Shown one piece after another: positions 9,895 to 19,620 of a DNA stretch of 64,000 nucleotides. The notes beneath the pieces were generated by a model. It was not told the origin of the DNA. It was given only the letters and a program-made list of their open reading frames with translations, and did no database searches. Position 1 is the stretch's first letter; each line of letters opens with the position of its first letter. Origin of the DNA: Pseudomonadota bacterium (lineage in GTDB: Bacteria > Pseudomonadota > Alphaproteobacteria > Reyranellales > Reyranellaceae); the NCBI GenBank assembly GCA_018240745.1, contig JAFEFF010000210.1, positions 8,960-72,959 of the forward strand, in the 5' to 3' direction. The translations under genes and the position numbers were made by a program.

Positions 9895-10120
9895 AGACCC
9901 ACCCGGAGTCCACACGAGTCCACTCCGGTGTGGACCGCTTCGATGCCGATGGCACAAGCGTTTTGGGCCGAGAGTCCACGAATCCACCGATACATCTCCT
10001 CAAGAAAAAACACCCTCATGCCCCACGCCAAAGGTCCGTTGCTCCTGACATGGTTCGGCTATCGTTAATTTACCATGGACAGTCGATGAACACAAGCTTC
10101 GATGCGATCTTGACTGAAGC

Positions 10121-10163
10121 ATAGCCATTCGGTTATTGATCGGATCAATAGCCGATTGGTTAT
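10121..10163. promoter_or_regulatory. imperfect palindrome, putative ArsR-family operator
   Basis: ATAGCCATTCGGTTATTGATC-G-GATCAATAGCCGATTGGTTAT has 18 of 21 arm positions complementary and ends 3 nt before the arsR-like ATG. Confidence 0.5.
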
Positions 10164-10165
10164 AG

Positions 10166-10489
10166 ATGACTGCGACCCACGACATCCTTTTCCGAACCCT
10201 CGCCGACCCGACGCGCCGGGCCCTGTTCGAGCGGCTCTGTCGCGATGGCGAGCAGACGGTCGCCGCCCTGACCGCCCAGGCCGGCATCTCGCAGCCGGCC
10301 GTCTCCAAGCATCTCGGCCTCTTGAAGCAGGCCGGGCTAGTACGCGACCGCCCGCAAGGTCGCCAGACCCACTACAGCGCGCAACTCGGCGCGCTGGCGC
10401 CGTTGATCGACTGGACGAGCCGAATGACCGGCTTCTGGCAAAGCAAATTCGACGACCTCGAAGATCTCCTCAGGAGGATGGACCAATGA
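10166..10489 (+). CDS. ArsR/SmtB-family transcriptional regulator
   Basis: 107 aa with a winged HTH (LADPTRRALFERL...ISQPAVSKHLGLLKQAGLV). The stop overlaps the next start (ATGA). Confidence 0.85.
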   Translation: MTATHDILFRTLADPTRRALFERLCRDGEQTVAALTAQAGISQPAVSKHLGLLKQAGLVRDRPQGRQTHYSAQLGALAPLIDWTSRMTGFWQSKFDDLEDLLRRMDQ

Positions 10490-10896
10490 GCACCACTGCC
10501 ACGACCGAGACCCTTTCCGTCGTCGTCGAGCGCGAGATCCCGTTCGCGCCGGAGAAGATCTGGCGCGCGCTCACCCAGCCGCACCTGATCGAAGCGTGGC
10601 TGATGAAGAACGACTTCAAGCCGGCCGTCGACCATCGCTTCCAGCTGCGCGGCGACTGGGGTTCGGTCGACTGCCGGGTGCTGGTCGTCGAGCCGAACAA
10701 GTCGCTGTCCTACACGTGGGACGCCATGGGACTCGAGAGCGTGGTGACCTGGACCCTCACGCCGACCGGCGCGGGGACTCTCCTGCGCATGGAGCAGGCC
10801 GGCTTCCGCCCGGACCAGCAGCAGGCTTATCAGGGCGCCAAATTCGGTTGGCAGAAGTTCTTCGCCAGCCTGGAGCAGGTCGTCGCGAAGGAGTGA
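10486..10896 (+). CDS. SRPBCC/AHSA1-like domain protein
   Basis: 136 aa with IPFAPEKIWRALTQPHLIEAWLM...WTLTPTGAGTLLRMEQAGF. This is the usual partner of ArsR-type regulators and is translationally coupled to it. Confidence 0.8.
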   Translation: MSTTATTETLSVVVEREIPFAPEKIWRALTQPHLIEAWLMKNDFKPAVDHRFQLRGDWGSVDCRVLVVEPNKSLSYTWDAMGLESVVTWTLTPTGAGTLLRMEQAGFRPDQQQAYQGAKFGWQKFFASLEQVVAKE

Positions 10897-11048
10897 TCTT
10901 TCGCTGGGGGCGCGCCACTCCGTGGCGCGTCATGGTCATGCTCTTTTGGACCGCGAGCCTCCGGCTCGGTCATGAAGCTTGAGCGAGCCGGAGGCTCGCG
11001 GTCCAGAAGATATGACGCGCCACTCCGTGGCGCGCCCCCAGCGAAAGA

Positions 11049-11049
<1 letters not shown>
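10896..11049. repeat. 154-bp nested palindromic (REP/MITE-like) element filling a convergent intergenic gap
   Basis: 38-nt outer arms (10896-10933 and 11012-11049) are inverted copies, each with a GCGCCAC-TCC-GTGGCGC mini-hairpin. The inner perfect 21-bp stem pairs 10948-10968 with 10984-11004. Confidence 0.85.
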
Positions 11050-12176
<1,127 letters not shown>

Positions 12177-12229
12177 TCATCCACCGAGTCCGCGTCAAGA
12201 AATTACAATGGATTCAATTGTTTAGAGCA

Positions 12230-13324
12230 TCAATCCACAAGATCGAGTCTATCCACGGACTGTGGACCACCAGTTCTAGACAGGGCTTTGACCGGGAGCG
12301 CCGGCGGCTTGCGCGCCGCGCGTGACCAGCGCTGGCCCGGCACCTCGACCAGGTAGTGCAGCAGGGTTGCCGCCACCAGCGACACGGCAGCGGCGGCGAC
12401 CACGCCCTCGACGGTGCTCCAGCCCTGCTCGACGCCGAAGCGGATCACCTGAAAGCCGAGCACGACGTGCACGAGATAGAGCGGATAGGAGATGCGACCG
12501 AGGAAGACCAGCGGCGGCACGGCGATCCAGCGGCCGACCGCGGTGGTGCCCAGCCACACCAGAAGCGTGAACACCGCGGTCAGCGACAGGTACAAGCCGC
12601 TCGAGGCGTAGAATGCCTGCTCGCCACCGCCGCGCACGCTGACGAGGATGCCGGCCGCGAGAGCGATCCAGGTCAGCGGCCGGGCTCGACCGACGTGGAT
12701 GAGATAAAGGCACATGCCGATGACGAAGAAGTTGCTGTACTGGGCCAGCAGCAGAATGGTCATTCTGCTGTGCTGCCGGACATCCACCAGCGTCGTGAAC
12801 AACACACCGGTCGCGATCCAGCCCAGCGCGATCCATTCGATCGACCGCAGGCGGCCCAGCGCCAGCAGCACCGCCATGCTGATGTAGAAGACCATCTCGT
12901 AGCTCAGGGTCCAGTACGGCAGGTCGACGACCCGCTCGCCGAACAGCAACGGCGCCATCGTCAGATTGGCGAGGAAGCGCGGTAGCGTCGGCGCGTCGAG
13001 CGGCGGCATCGGCGCGACGACGAGGATGACCGTGGCCAGCGCGAGCGCCGCCAGGAAGCACGGCATCAAGCGCGCCGCGCGGGCGACGGCGAAGGCCCAC
13101 ACCGTGGCCTTGCGCTCGATCGTCATCAGGATCACGAACCCGCTGATGATGAAGAAGAGCTCGACCCCGAAATGGCCGGCAAAGAAGTTCACCGACAGCG
13201 GCGTGCGGCCGGGGTAGAGCTCGTCGTAGTACTGCCCGTGGTGATGGAGCATCACCGCAACGGCAGCGAAGCCGCGCAGCACGTCCAGCCCGACGAGGCG
13301 TCCGGATTTCGGTCCCGCGCGCAT
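12230..13324 (-). CDS. acyltransferase family 3 membrane protein
   Basis: 364 aa starting LDVLRGFAAVAVMLHH, with about 10 predicted TM segments (OafA/YrhL-like). Confidence 0.8.
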   Translation of the reverse strand: MRAGPKSGRLVGLDVLRGFAAVAVMLHHHGQYYDELYPGRTPLSVNFFAGHFGVELFFIISGFVILMTIERKATVWAFAVARAARLMPCFLAALALATVILVVAPMPPLDAPTLPRFLANLTMAPLLFGERVVDLPYWTLSYEMVFYISMAVLLALGRLRSIEWIALGWIATGVLFTTLVDVRQHSRMTILLLAQYSNFFVIGMCLYLIHVGRARPLTWIALAAGILVSVRGGGEQAFYASSGLYLSLTAVFTLLVWLGTTAVGRWIAVPPLVFLGRISYPLYLVHVVLGFQVIRFGVEQGWSTVEGVVAAAAVSLVAATLLHYLVEVPGQRWSRAARKPPALPVKALSRTGGPQSVDRLDLVD

Positions 13325-13410
13325 CGTACGGTGCGTAGCATAGCGAGCCCCACAGGCTGGTGATCAACCTGTGACGGATCAGTGCGCGCTCGCCGCGTGC
13401 AGGCCGCGAG

Positions 13411-14049
13411 TTATGCGAGTTCGTAAGCGACCGCCGTCTTGACAGCCGCGCGCTCGGACATTCGGCGGCGGTGATCGACCACGCGCGGGATGGTCGCCGG
13501 ATCGACTCCGTCGGCCTCGAGCCATTGCGCCAGGGTGAAGAGATAGGGATCGCAGATCGTGTAGCGCTCACCCATCACCCACGGGCCCTTCAGCATCTCG
13601 CGCTCGACCATCGCGAACGACTCAGCCACCGACTGCGGCACCTTGCGCTGCAGGGCGGCGATCGCGTGCTTGTCCTCCGGATCGACCCAGCGATGGCCGC
13701 GCATGCGATGAGCGTGCGCGACATGCAGGTGCGAGCAGAGCCAGCTGTTGAACGACTGGATCTGGGCGAACAGGAACGGATCGTCCATCGGCGCGAGGTT
13801 CGCCGCCAAGTGAGGATGGGGGAAGCTCTGCGCGACATAGACCAGCATTGCCGGTGTCTCGGTCAGGATGCCGCGATCGGTGACCAGCGCCGGCACCCGA
13901 CCCTTCGGATTGATCCTGAGGTATTCGGGCGAGCGCTGCTGCTCGGTCGCGAAGTCGATGCGCTTGCCGGCGTATTCGGCGCCGACCTCCTCGAGCACGA
14001 TGTGGGTCGCGAGCGCGCAGGTGTGCGGGGCGTAATAGAGCGTGAGCAC
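13411..14049 (-). CDS. glutathione S-transferase
   Basis: 212 aa with a GST N-terminal motif (LYYAPHTCALATHIVLEE...INPKGRVPAL) and a helical C-domain. Confidence 0.85.
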   Translation of the reverse strand: MLTLYYAPHTCALATHIVLEEVGAEYAGKRIDFATEQQRSPEYLRINPKGRVPALVTDRGILTETPAMLVYVAQSFPHPHLAANLAPMDDPFLFAQIQSFNSWLCSHLHVAHAHRMRGHRWVDPEDKHAIAALQRKVPQSVAESFAMVEREMLKGPWVMGERYTICDPYLFTLAQWLEADGVDPATIPRVVDHRRRMSERAAVKTAVAYELA

Positions 14050-14120
14050 GGATAAGGTCCTCTCCGTCGACAGCCTATTGAGGCCAACCCTCCCCCTTCA
14101 AATCGGAAGGGATTCGTCTC

Positions 14121-14348
14121 TCAGGGCAGCAGGCTCGACAGGCGCGATATGAAGGGTGCGATGCCGGCCGCGTCGACCTCGGCCTCCTCGATCAGCGCCT
14201 TGACGTGGTCGCCGAACGAGTCGGTGCCGCGGCTCTGCTCGAGCTTGTGCAGGAGCGCCAGCAGACGATCGCGCCGCGCGCCGTCCGGGGTTTTCTCGAC
14301 GGCGGCCCGCAGCTCGCCGATCAGCCGTTCGTGTCCGTGCTCAGTCAT
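14121..14348 (-). CDS. small helical hypothetical protein
   Basis: 75 aa. It overlaps the rnhB stop by 8 nt, which suggests co-transcription. It has a weak DUF4404-like look, but the family is not certain. Confidence 0.5.
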   Translation of the reverse strand: MTEHGHERLIGELRAAVEKTPDGARRDRLLALLHKLEQSRGTDSFGDHVKALIEEAEVDAAGIAPFISRLSSLLP

Positions 14349-15045
14349 TCATCTCTTCCGCGATCGCCTGGGCCTCCGCCAGCCCCGGTTCCCCGACAAT
14401 GGGCTCGCCGAGGCAGGCCCGGACCGGTGCGAAGCTCCGGCGATGATGTGGGGTGGGGCCCAGCGCCTTCAATGCCCGCAGATGCGCCGGAGACTTGTAG
14501 CCGACATTGGTCTCCCAGCCATAGCCCGGGAAGGACTCGGCCAGCCGGACCATGTAGCGGTCGCGCGTCACCTTGGCGAAGATCGAGGCGGCGGCGATCG
14601 AGTAGGAGCGCGCATCGCCGCCGACGATGGTCTCGGCGCGGCAGCCCAGCTCGGGCGGCACCCGGTTGCCGTCGATCAGCACGATGTCGGGCGGCGCATC
14701 CGTCAGCCCGGCCAGCGCGCGGCGCATGGCGAGGAAGGTCGCCTGCAGGATGTTGACGGTGTCGATCTCCTCGACGCTCGCCTCGCCGACGGCGAAGCGC
14801 ACGCAGCCCGAGGCGATCATCGCGTCGTAGGCCGTCTCGCGATCCTCGCGCACCAGCTTCTTGGAATCGTCGATCAGGCGCAGCAGCTTGCGCCTGGCGG
14901 CGCCGCGGTCGATCACCGCCACGGCGGCGACCACGGGACCGGCGAGCGGCCCGCGGCCGACCTCGTCGATGCCGGCGATGCACAGCGTGCCTTCCGGCCC
15001 CGCGTGCTGCTCGTGAACCCGCATTTCGTAGCGGAAGCTCGGCAT
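14341..15045 (-). CDS. rnhB: ribonuclease HII
   Basis: 234 aa with [21 protein letters not shown] and DDSKKL motifs. Confidence 0.92.
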   Translation of the reverse strand: [234 protein letters not shown]

Positions 15046-15077
15046 ATCCCCCGGCGTGTTGGCTAGACTGAGGGCCC

Positions 15078-15629
15078 ATGTCCTCGAAGGCCCCCCTGAT
15101 CGTCACCATCATCGCGCAGGACCCTGTGGGCATGAAACAGCTTCGTGCAGCCCGTTCGCTCGGCCTGCCCGACTGGTGCATCGCCGCAGGCTTCGTGCGC
15201 AATCGGGTGTGGGACCACCTGCACGGGATCGCCCCGCCGACCCCGCTGGCCGATATCGACGTGCTTTACTACGACGCTGCCGACCTCTCGAAGGCGCGGG
15301 AGCAGGCCTGCGAGGCGCGGCTCGACGCGCTCGAGCCGGCGCCGTGGCAGGTCCGCAACCAGGCGCGCATGCATGTCTGGAAGGATTTGCCGCAGCACAC
15401 GAGCACGGCCGATTCGATGACCTGCTGGCTGGAGACGGTGACGGCGGTCGGCGTCCGCCTGGAAGCCGACGATTCCCTCACCGTCGTCGCCCCGCTCGGC
15501 ACCGACGACCTGCTCGGCCTCAAGTGCCGCCCGACCGCCTTCGGCCGGACCCGGCTCGACGAATACGAGGCCCGCATTGCCGGCAAACGCTGGCGCGACC
15601 TCTGGCCGAAGGTGAAGTTCGTCGACTGA
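15078..15629 (+). CDS. nucleotidyltransferase family protein (DUF925/NTP_transf_6-like)
   Basis: 183 aa with LGLPDWCIAAGFVRNRVWDHLHG...DIDVLYYD, recalled as the PF06042-type pattern. Confidence 0.7.
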   Translation: MSSKAPLIVTIIAQDPVGMKQLRAARSLGLPDWCIAAGFVRNRVWDHLHGIAPPTPLADIDVLYYDAADLSKAREQACEARLDALEPAPWQVRNQARMHVWKDLPQHTSTADSMTCWLETVTAVGVRLEADDSLTVVAPLGTDDLLGLKCRPTAFGRTRLDEYEARIAGKRWRDLWPKVKFVD

Positions 15630-15877
15630 CCCGTCGCCCCGAGCGGAGCCGAGGCACCTCCTCTTCGCGAAAAGCCGCCCAATCGTCGAAAGAAGGTCCC
15701 TCCGCTACGCGCCTTCGGCGCTTCGGTCGGGACGACGGGGGATTTTCCAATTACCACCCCCTCGTTCCGAGCGGAGCGAAGCGTAGTCGAGGGACCTTCT
15801 CTCCGCGAAAAGCCGTCTAATCGTCGAGAGAAGGTCCCTCCGCTACGCGCCTTCGGCGCTTCGGTCGGGACGACGGG
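15630..15877. repeat. two tandem copies of a roughly 110-120-bp self-complementary repeat unit
   Basis: The 74-nt cores 15666-15739 and 15804-15877 differ at 3 positions (period 138 bp). Within copy 2, GAGGGACCTTCTCTC pairs with GAGAGAAGGTCCCTC. The array ends at the GIY-YIG stop codon. Confidence 0.85.
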
Positions 15878-16162
15878 CTAGAGAATCTCACTGGAAAGAT
15901 CGAGCCACTCCGGGTTGGCCGCGTCGATCAACGCGATCTTCTTCTCGCGCCGCCAAGTCTTGAGCTGCTTTTCGCGCGCGATAGCATCGGGAGCAGTGTC
16001 GAACGATTCGATATAGACCAACCGCGTGATGTTGTACTGCTTGGTGTGCACCGAGATACCGCGTCGATGCTCGTCCAATCGACGACCCAGATCGGTTGTC
16101 ACGCCAATGTACAGCGCACGCCCGTTCGGGCTCGCAAGGATGTAGACGACCGGCTTACGCAA
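15878..16162 (-). CDS. stand-alone GIY-YIG nuclease family protein
   Basis: 94 aa with VVYILASPNGRALYIGVTTDLGRRLDEHRRG...KQLKTWRREKK, the canonical small GIY-YIG (COG2827-type) pattern. Confidence 0.85.
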   Translation of the reverse strand: MRKPVVYILASPNGRALYIGVTTDLGRRLDEHRRGISVHTKQYNITRLVYIESFDTAPDAIAREKQLKTWRREKKIALIDAANPEWLDLSSEIL

Positions 16163-16201
16163 TGCCGGGCGTCCTGTCTGCTAGCCTTACCCGCGGCACG
16201 C

Positions 16202-16231
16202 AAGGTCCCTCGGCTACGCTCGGGACGACGG
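16202..16231. repeat. partial copy of the 15630-15877 repeat unit
   Basis: AAGGTCCCTCGGCTACGCTCGGGACGACGG matches the right half-arm of the units, in the same orientation. It lies 40 bp upstream of the GIY-YIG start. Confidence 0.6.
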
Positions 16232-16232
16232 T

Positions 16233-16831
16233 CTAAGCCATCCCCGATAGCTTCATCACCTTTTGCCAGGCCGGCCGTTCGACGTGCGGCTTCACGTAGG
16301 TCTCGAAGGCCGGGCGCTTGTCGATGACGTTGAACATCATGCCGAAGTTCAGGAACGAGGCGACGAAGAGATCGGCCGCGGTGAAATGGTCGGCCGCGAT
16401 GTAGCGCTTGCCGGCGACGGCCTTCTCCAGCGTGTCCATGGTGAGCCGGTAGGTGCCGTAGCCGAAGCGGCGCTGCAGCTCCTCGTTGGGATCCCAGCCG
16501 GCCGACTTGTTGCTCATCGCCGGCTCGGCGCAGCCCGACACGAAGAACAGCCACCGGTAATAGGCGCCGCGCTCGCCCACCGCCGGTGCGAGCTTCGCCG
16601 CGGGGAAGGCGTCGGCGAGATGGCAGCGCCGGTCTCGGTCACGACCGTGTCGCCGTGCCTGATCGCCGGAACCTTGCCCATGGGATTGATCGCGAGGTAC
16701 TCGGGAGACTTCATCTCGGGCCCGTAGGCCTTGATCTCCATGCGATAGGGGCAGCCGATCTCCTCCAGCATCCAGTGCGTCGTGAGCCCGCGCGATTGCG
16801 GGTTGGTGTAGAAGACGAGCTCATCGGCCAT
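16233..16831 (-). pseudogene. glutathione S-transferase interrupted by a frameshift
   Basis: The N-terminal GST domain (MADELVFYTNPQSRG...INPMGKVPAIRHGDTVVTETGAAI) reads from the ATG at 16831 in one frame. The C-terminal domain (LADAFP..GERGAYYRWLFF...) continues in another frame to 16233. The switch is near 16615. Confidence 0.75.
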
Positions 16832-16842
16832 GGGACCCTCCT

Positions 16843-17976
16843 TCAGAGAAGCTTCATCTGCCGGGCATCGCGCCTGGAATCGACCAGCGCCGTGCGCGCG
16901 GAGTCGGGAACGGCGAAGCGCAGCGTATCGAGGCGATAGCGGATCTTGTTGAGGCCGAGCCGCTTCACCGCCGCCTGGAAGCGCGCGCCGAGCAATTGCG
17001 CGATCGGGCCCTCGCCCTTCATGCGCAGGCCGAACTCGGCCTGGTAGAGCGCGCCGCCGCGCATCTGGCGGATCAGCGACAGCACACGCTCGGCGCGGTC
17101 GGGCCGGTTGGCGCGCAGCCATTCGTCGAACAGATCCTTGATCTCGAGCGGCAGGCGCAGGACCGTGAAGCCCGCGCGCGTCGCGCCGGCCTCGGCCGCC
17201 TTCTCGAGGATCGCCTCCATCTCGTGGTCGTTGAGGCCCGGGATCATCGGCGCGGCCATCACGCCGACCGGCACGCCGGCATCGGCCAGCCTCTTGATGG
17301 CGTCGAGCCGGCGATAGGGCGCCGAGGCGCGCGGCTCCATGTCCCGCGCCAGCTCCTTGTCGAGCGTGGTCACCGACAGGAAGACCTCGGCGAGGTTGCG
17401 CCTGGCCATGTCGCCCAGGATGTCGATGTCGCGCGTCACCAGGTGATTCTTGGTGACGATACCCACAGGATTGTTGAAGTCCGACAGCACGCGGATGATC
17501 GAGCGCGTGATCTTCAGGTCCCGCTCGACGGGCTGGTAGGGATCGGTGTTGGTGCCCATCGCCACCACGTCCGGCCGATACTTGGGCGAGGCGAGTTCGG
17601 CGGTGAGCAGCTTGGCGGCATCGGGCTTGAACAGGATCTTGGTCTCGAAGTCGAGGCCGGGCGACAGGCCGAGATAGGCGTGCGTCGGCCGCGCGAAGCA
17701 ATAGATGCAGCCGTGCTCGCAGCCGCGATACGGGTTGATCGAGCGGTCGAACGGCACGTCGGGCGAGGTGTTGCGCGCCAGGATGCTGCGCGTGGCGTCC
17801 CTGGTCAGCGTGGTGCGCAGCGGCGGCAGCTCTTCGTCGATGTCCCAGCCGTCGGTGGTGCGGATCTTCTTTTCGTCGTCGTAGCGGCTGGACGCATTCG
17901 ACAGCGCGCCGCGGCCATTGTGCTGCGGCTGCGGGATCTCGTCGTCTGGATAGAGATGGTCTCCCGGCTTCTTCAT
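16843..17976 (-). CDS. radical SAM protein (PA0069/COG1533 SplB-like family)
   Basis: 377 aa with NPYRGCEHGCIYCFARP (CxxxCxxC cluster). The N-terminal GRGA..N..SRY motif is typical of this family. Confidence 0.85.
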   Translation of the reverse strand: MKKPGDHLYPDDEIPQPQHNGRGALSNASSRYDDEKKIRTTDGWDIDEELPPLRTTLTRDATRSILARNTSPDVPFDRSINPYRGCEHGCIYCFARPTHAYLGLSPGLDFETKILFKPDAAKLLTAELASPKYRPDVVAMGTNTDPYQPVERDLKITRSIIRVLSDFNNPVGIVTKNHLVTRDIDILGDMARRNLAEVFLSVTTLDKELARDMEPRASAPYRRLDAIKRLADAGVPVGVMAAPMIPGLNDHEMEAILEKAAEAGATRAGFTVLRLPLEIKDLFDEWLRANRPDRAERVLSLIRQMRGGALYQAEFGLRMKGEGPIAQLLGARFQAAVKRLGLNKIRYRLDTLRFAVPDSARTALVDSRRDARQMKLL

Positions 17977-18012
17977 GTCCCACCTCGAAGGCGGGCAGAC
18001 TCTGAGAACAAA

Positions 18013-19005
18013 TCAGGAACGAGTCAAGTCACTGGATATTGTGGCGCGAATGGCCCGGACGACCGAGGGGCTGAAGCACTCGTCGATCCGCGCGTCGATG
18101 TGGGCCTTCATGCGCGCGTCCAGCCCGGCGCTGCTCCATTGGCCGGGGTTCGAGGGATCGCGCGGGCTGCGCGTCTCGACGCGCCAGCGCGCCATGAACA
18201 AGGTCGTGCGCAGCCAGGTCAGCCGGCGCATCGGCGCCAGCCAGGGCCGAAGCGCCTCCGCCTTCTGCGCACCGATCCGAGGCAGATAGGACTCGTAGAA
18301 GCCCCTGACCTCCTCGCCCGTCAGCCGCTTGCCGACATCGGGATGCCAGAGCGTCGAGGTCGGCAGCGTCGCGTGCGCGAGGTCGATCGCCGGCGAGCCG
18401 ACATGCACCTTCTCGAGATCGACGAACCAGGCGATGCCGGCGGAATCGACGATGAAGTTGCCGGGATGCGTGTCCGCCAGCGCCACGGTGAGCGGCTGCA
18501 CCTTGCGGCCGAGCGCCGGCACGAGGCGGCGCATTGCGCGCAGCTCGTCGGCGATGTCGGCGCGCGCCCCCGGATCGGTGACGGCCTTGTCGAGAAAGCG
18601 CATGGCGTTGAGCTCGATGCCTTCGAGCGTCTCGAGAAACGGATTGCCCTGGCGCGCGATCGGCGAGCTCGCCGGCGGCAGCGGCAGCGCGTGGATACGG
18701 GCGAGCGTGTCGGCCATCAGCCCGAGCTCGTCCGGCAGGCGCGGCGCGCGGCCTTCGATGAAATCGACGATCAGCGCGCCGCCGGGAAGCCCGGCACGTG
18801 GCTCGATCACCTCATGCAGGTGCGGCGTGCGACCGGCGGGCTCGAGATGGCGGAAGGCCGCGGCCTGCGCGTGCAGCCGGCCGGCGGCTGAGGCATCGCC
18901 TTCGTGCGCGTAGGCGATGCGCGCCAGGCGGCCGTCGCGCAAACGGACATGGCCGTGCGCCGTCCCGGTCGCCGGCAGCGCCTCGCCGTCGAACGGATCG
19001 ACCAC
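18013..19005 (-). CDS. phosphotransferase (APH/choline-kinase fold) family protein
   Basis: 330 aa with a Brenner-type motif (LADTHPGNFIVD) and FVDLEKV. The substrate is unknown. Confidence 0.75.
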   Translation of the reverse strand: MVDPFDGEALPATGTAHGHVRLRDGRLARIAYAHEGDASAAGRLHAQAAAFRHLEPAGRTPHLHEVIEPRAGLPGGALIVDFIEGRAPRLPDELGLMADTLARIHALPLPPASSPIARQGNPFLETLEGIELNAMRFLDKAVTDPGARADIADELRAMRRLVPALGRKVQPLTVALADTHPGNFIVDSAGIAWFVDLEKVHVGSPAIDLAHATLPTSTLWHPDVGKRLTGEEVRGFYESYLPRIGAQKAEALRPWLAPMRRLTWLRTTLFMARWRVETRSPRDPSNPGQWSSAGLDARMKAHIDARIDECFSPSVVRAIRATISSDLTRS

Positions 19006-19012
19006 TGCGCGC

Positions 19013-19561
19013 TCAGCCGCTCCTGGGGATCTTGCCTTCGTTCAGGCGCGGCATCAGCTCGGCGAAGTTGCAGGGCCGGAAGCGGATGTCGAGCTGGTAG
19101 CGCAGGATGTCGTCCCAGCCGTCCTTGCAGGCGCCGGTCGAGCCGGGCAGCGCGAAGATGTAGGTGCCGTTGGCGACGCCCGCGGTGGCGCGGCTCTGCA
19201 TGGTCGAGGTGCCGATCTTCTGGAAGCTGATCCAGCGGAAGGTCTCGCCGAAGCCCTCGATCTTCTTCTCGAACAACCCTTCCATCGCCTCGGGCGTGAC
19301 GTCGCGGCCGGTCACGCCGGTGCCGCCCGTGCTGATCACGACCTCGACCCTGGGATCGTCGATCCACTTCTTCACCTGGGCGCGGATCCTGTCGACGTCG
19401 TCGGTGACGATGGCGCGGTCGACCAGCACGTGGCCGTCTCGCTCGATGCGCTCGACCAGGGTGGCGCCGGACGTGTCGGTCTCGAGCGTGCGGGTGTCGG
19501 AAACCGTGAGCACGGCGATGTTGACCGGCTTGAACGGCCTGGTTTCATCAATCTTGTTCAT
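19013..19561 (-). CDS. moaB: molybdenum cofactor biosynthesis protein B
   Basis: 182 aa with a MoaB/MogA fold (IAVLTVSDTR...VVISTGGTGVTGRDVTPEA). Confidence 0.85.
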   Translation of the reverse strand: MNKIDETRPFKPVNIAVLTVSDTRTLETDTSGATLVERIERDGHVLVDRAIVTDDVDRIRAQVKKWIDDPRVEVVISTGGTGVTGRDVTPEAMEGLFEKKIEGFGETFRWISFQKIGTSTMQSRATAGVANGTYIFALPGSTGACKDGWDDILRYQLDIRFRPCNFAELMPRLNEGKIPRSG

Positions 19562-19620
19562 GCGAGCATACTAACGATCCTCGCTTGTCGAGGCGAGGCA
19601 TCGGGACTACATGACCGCCC

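Noticed and set aside
10000-10308. 102-aa minus-strand ORF in the mutY-arsR gap
   Set aside because: It runs antisense across the arsR-like start and operator, has no Shine-Dalgarno and has odd composition.
15630-15877. CRISPR array
   Set aside because: There are only two long, self-complementary units with no unique spacers and no cas genes. All other tandem repeats in the window have at most 4 units of 10-15 bp.
16514-17983. 489-aa minus-strand ORF
   Set aside because: It is chimeric. Most of it is an alternative frame of the radical SAM gene, and only its last 106 codons (from 16831) are the real GST N-domain.
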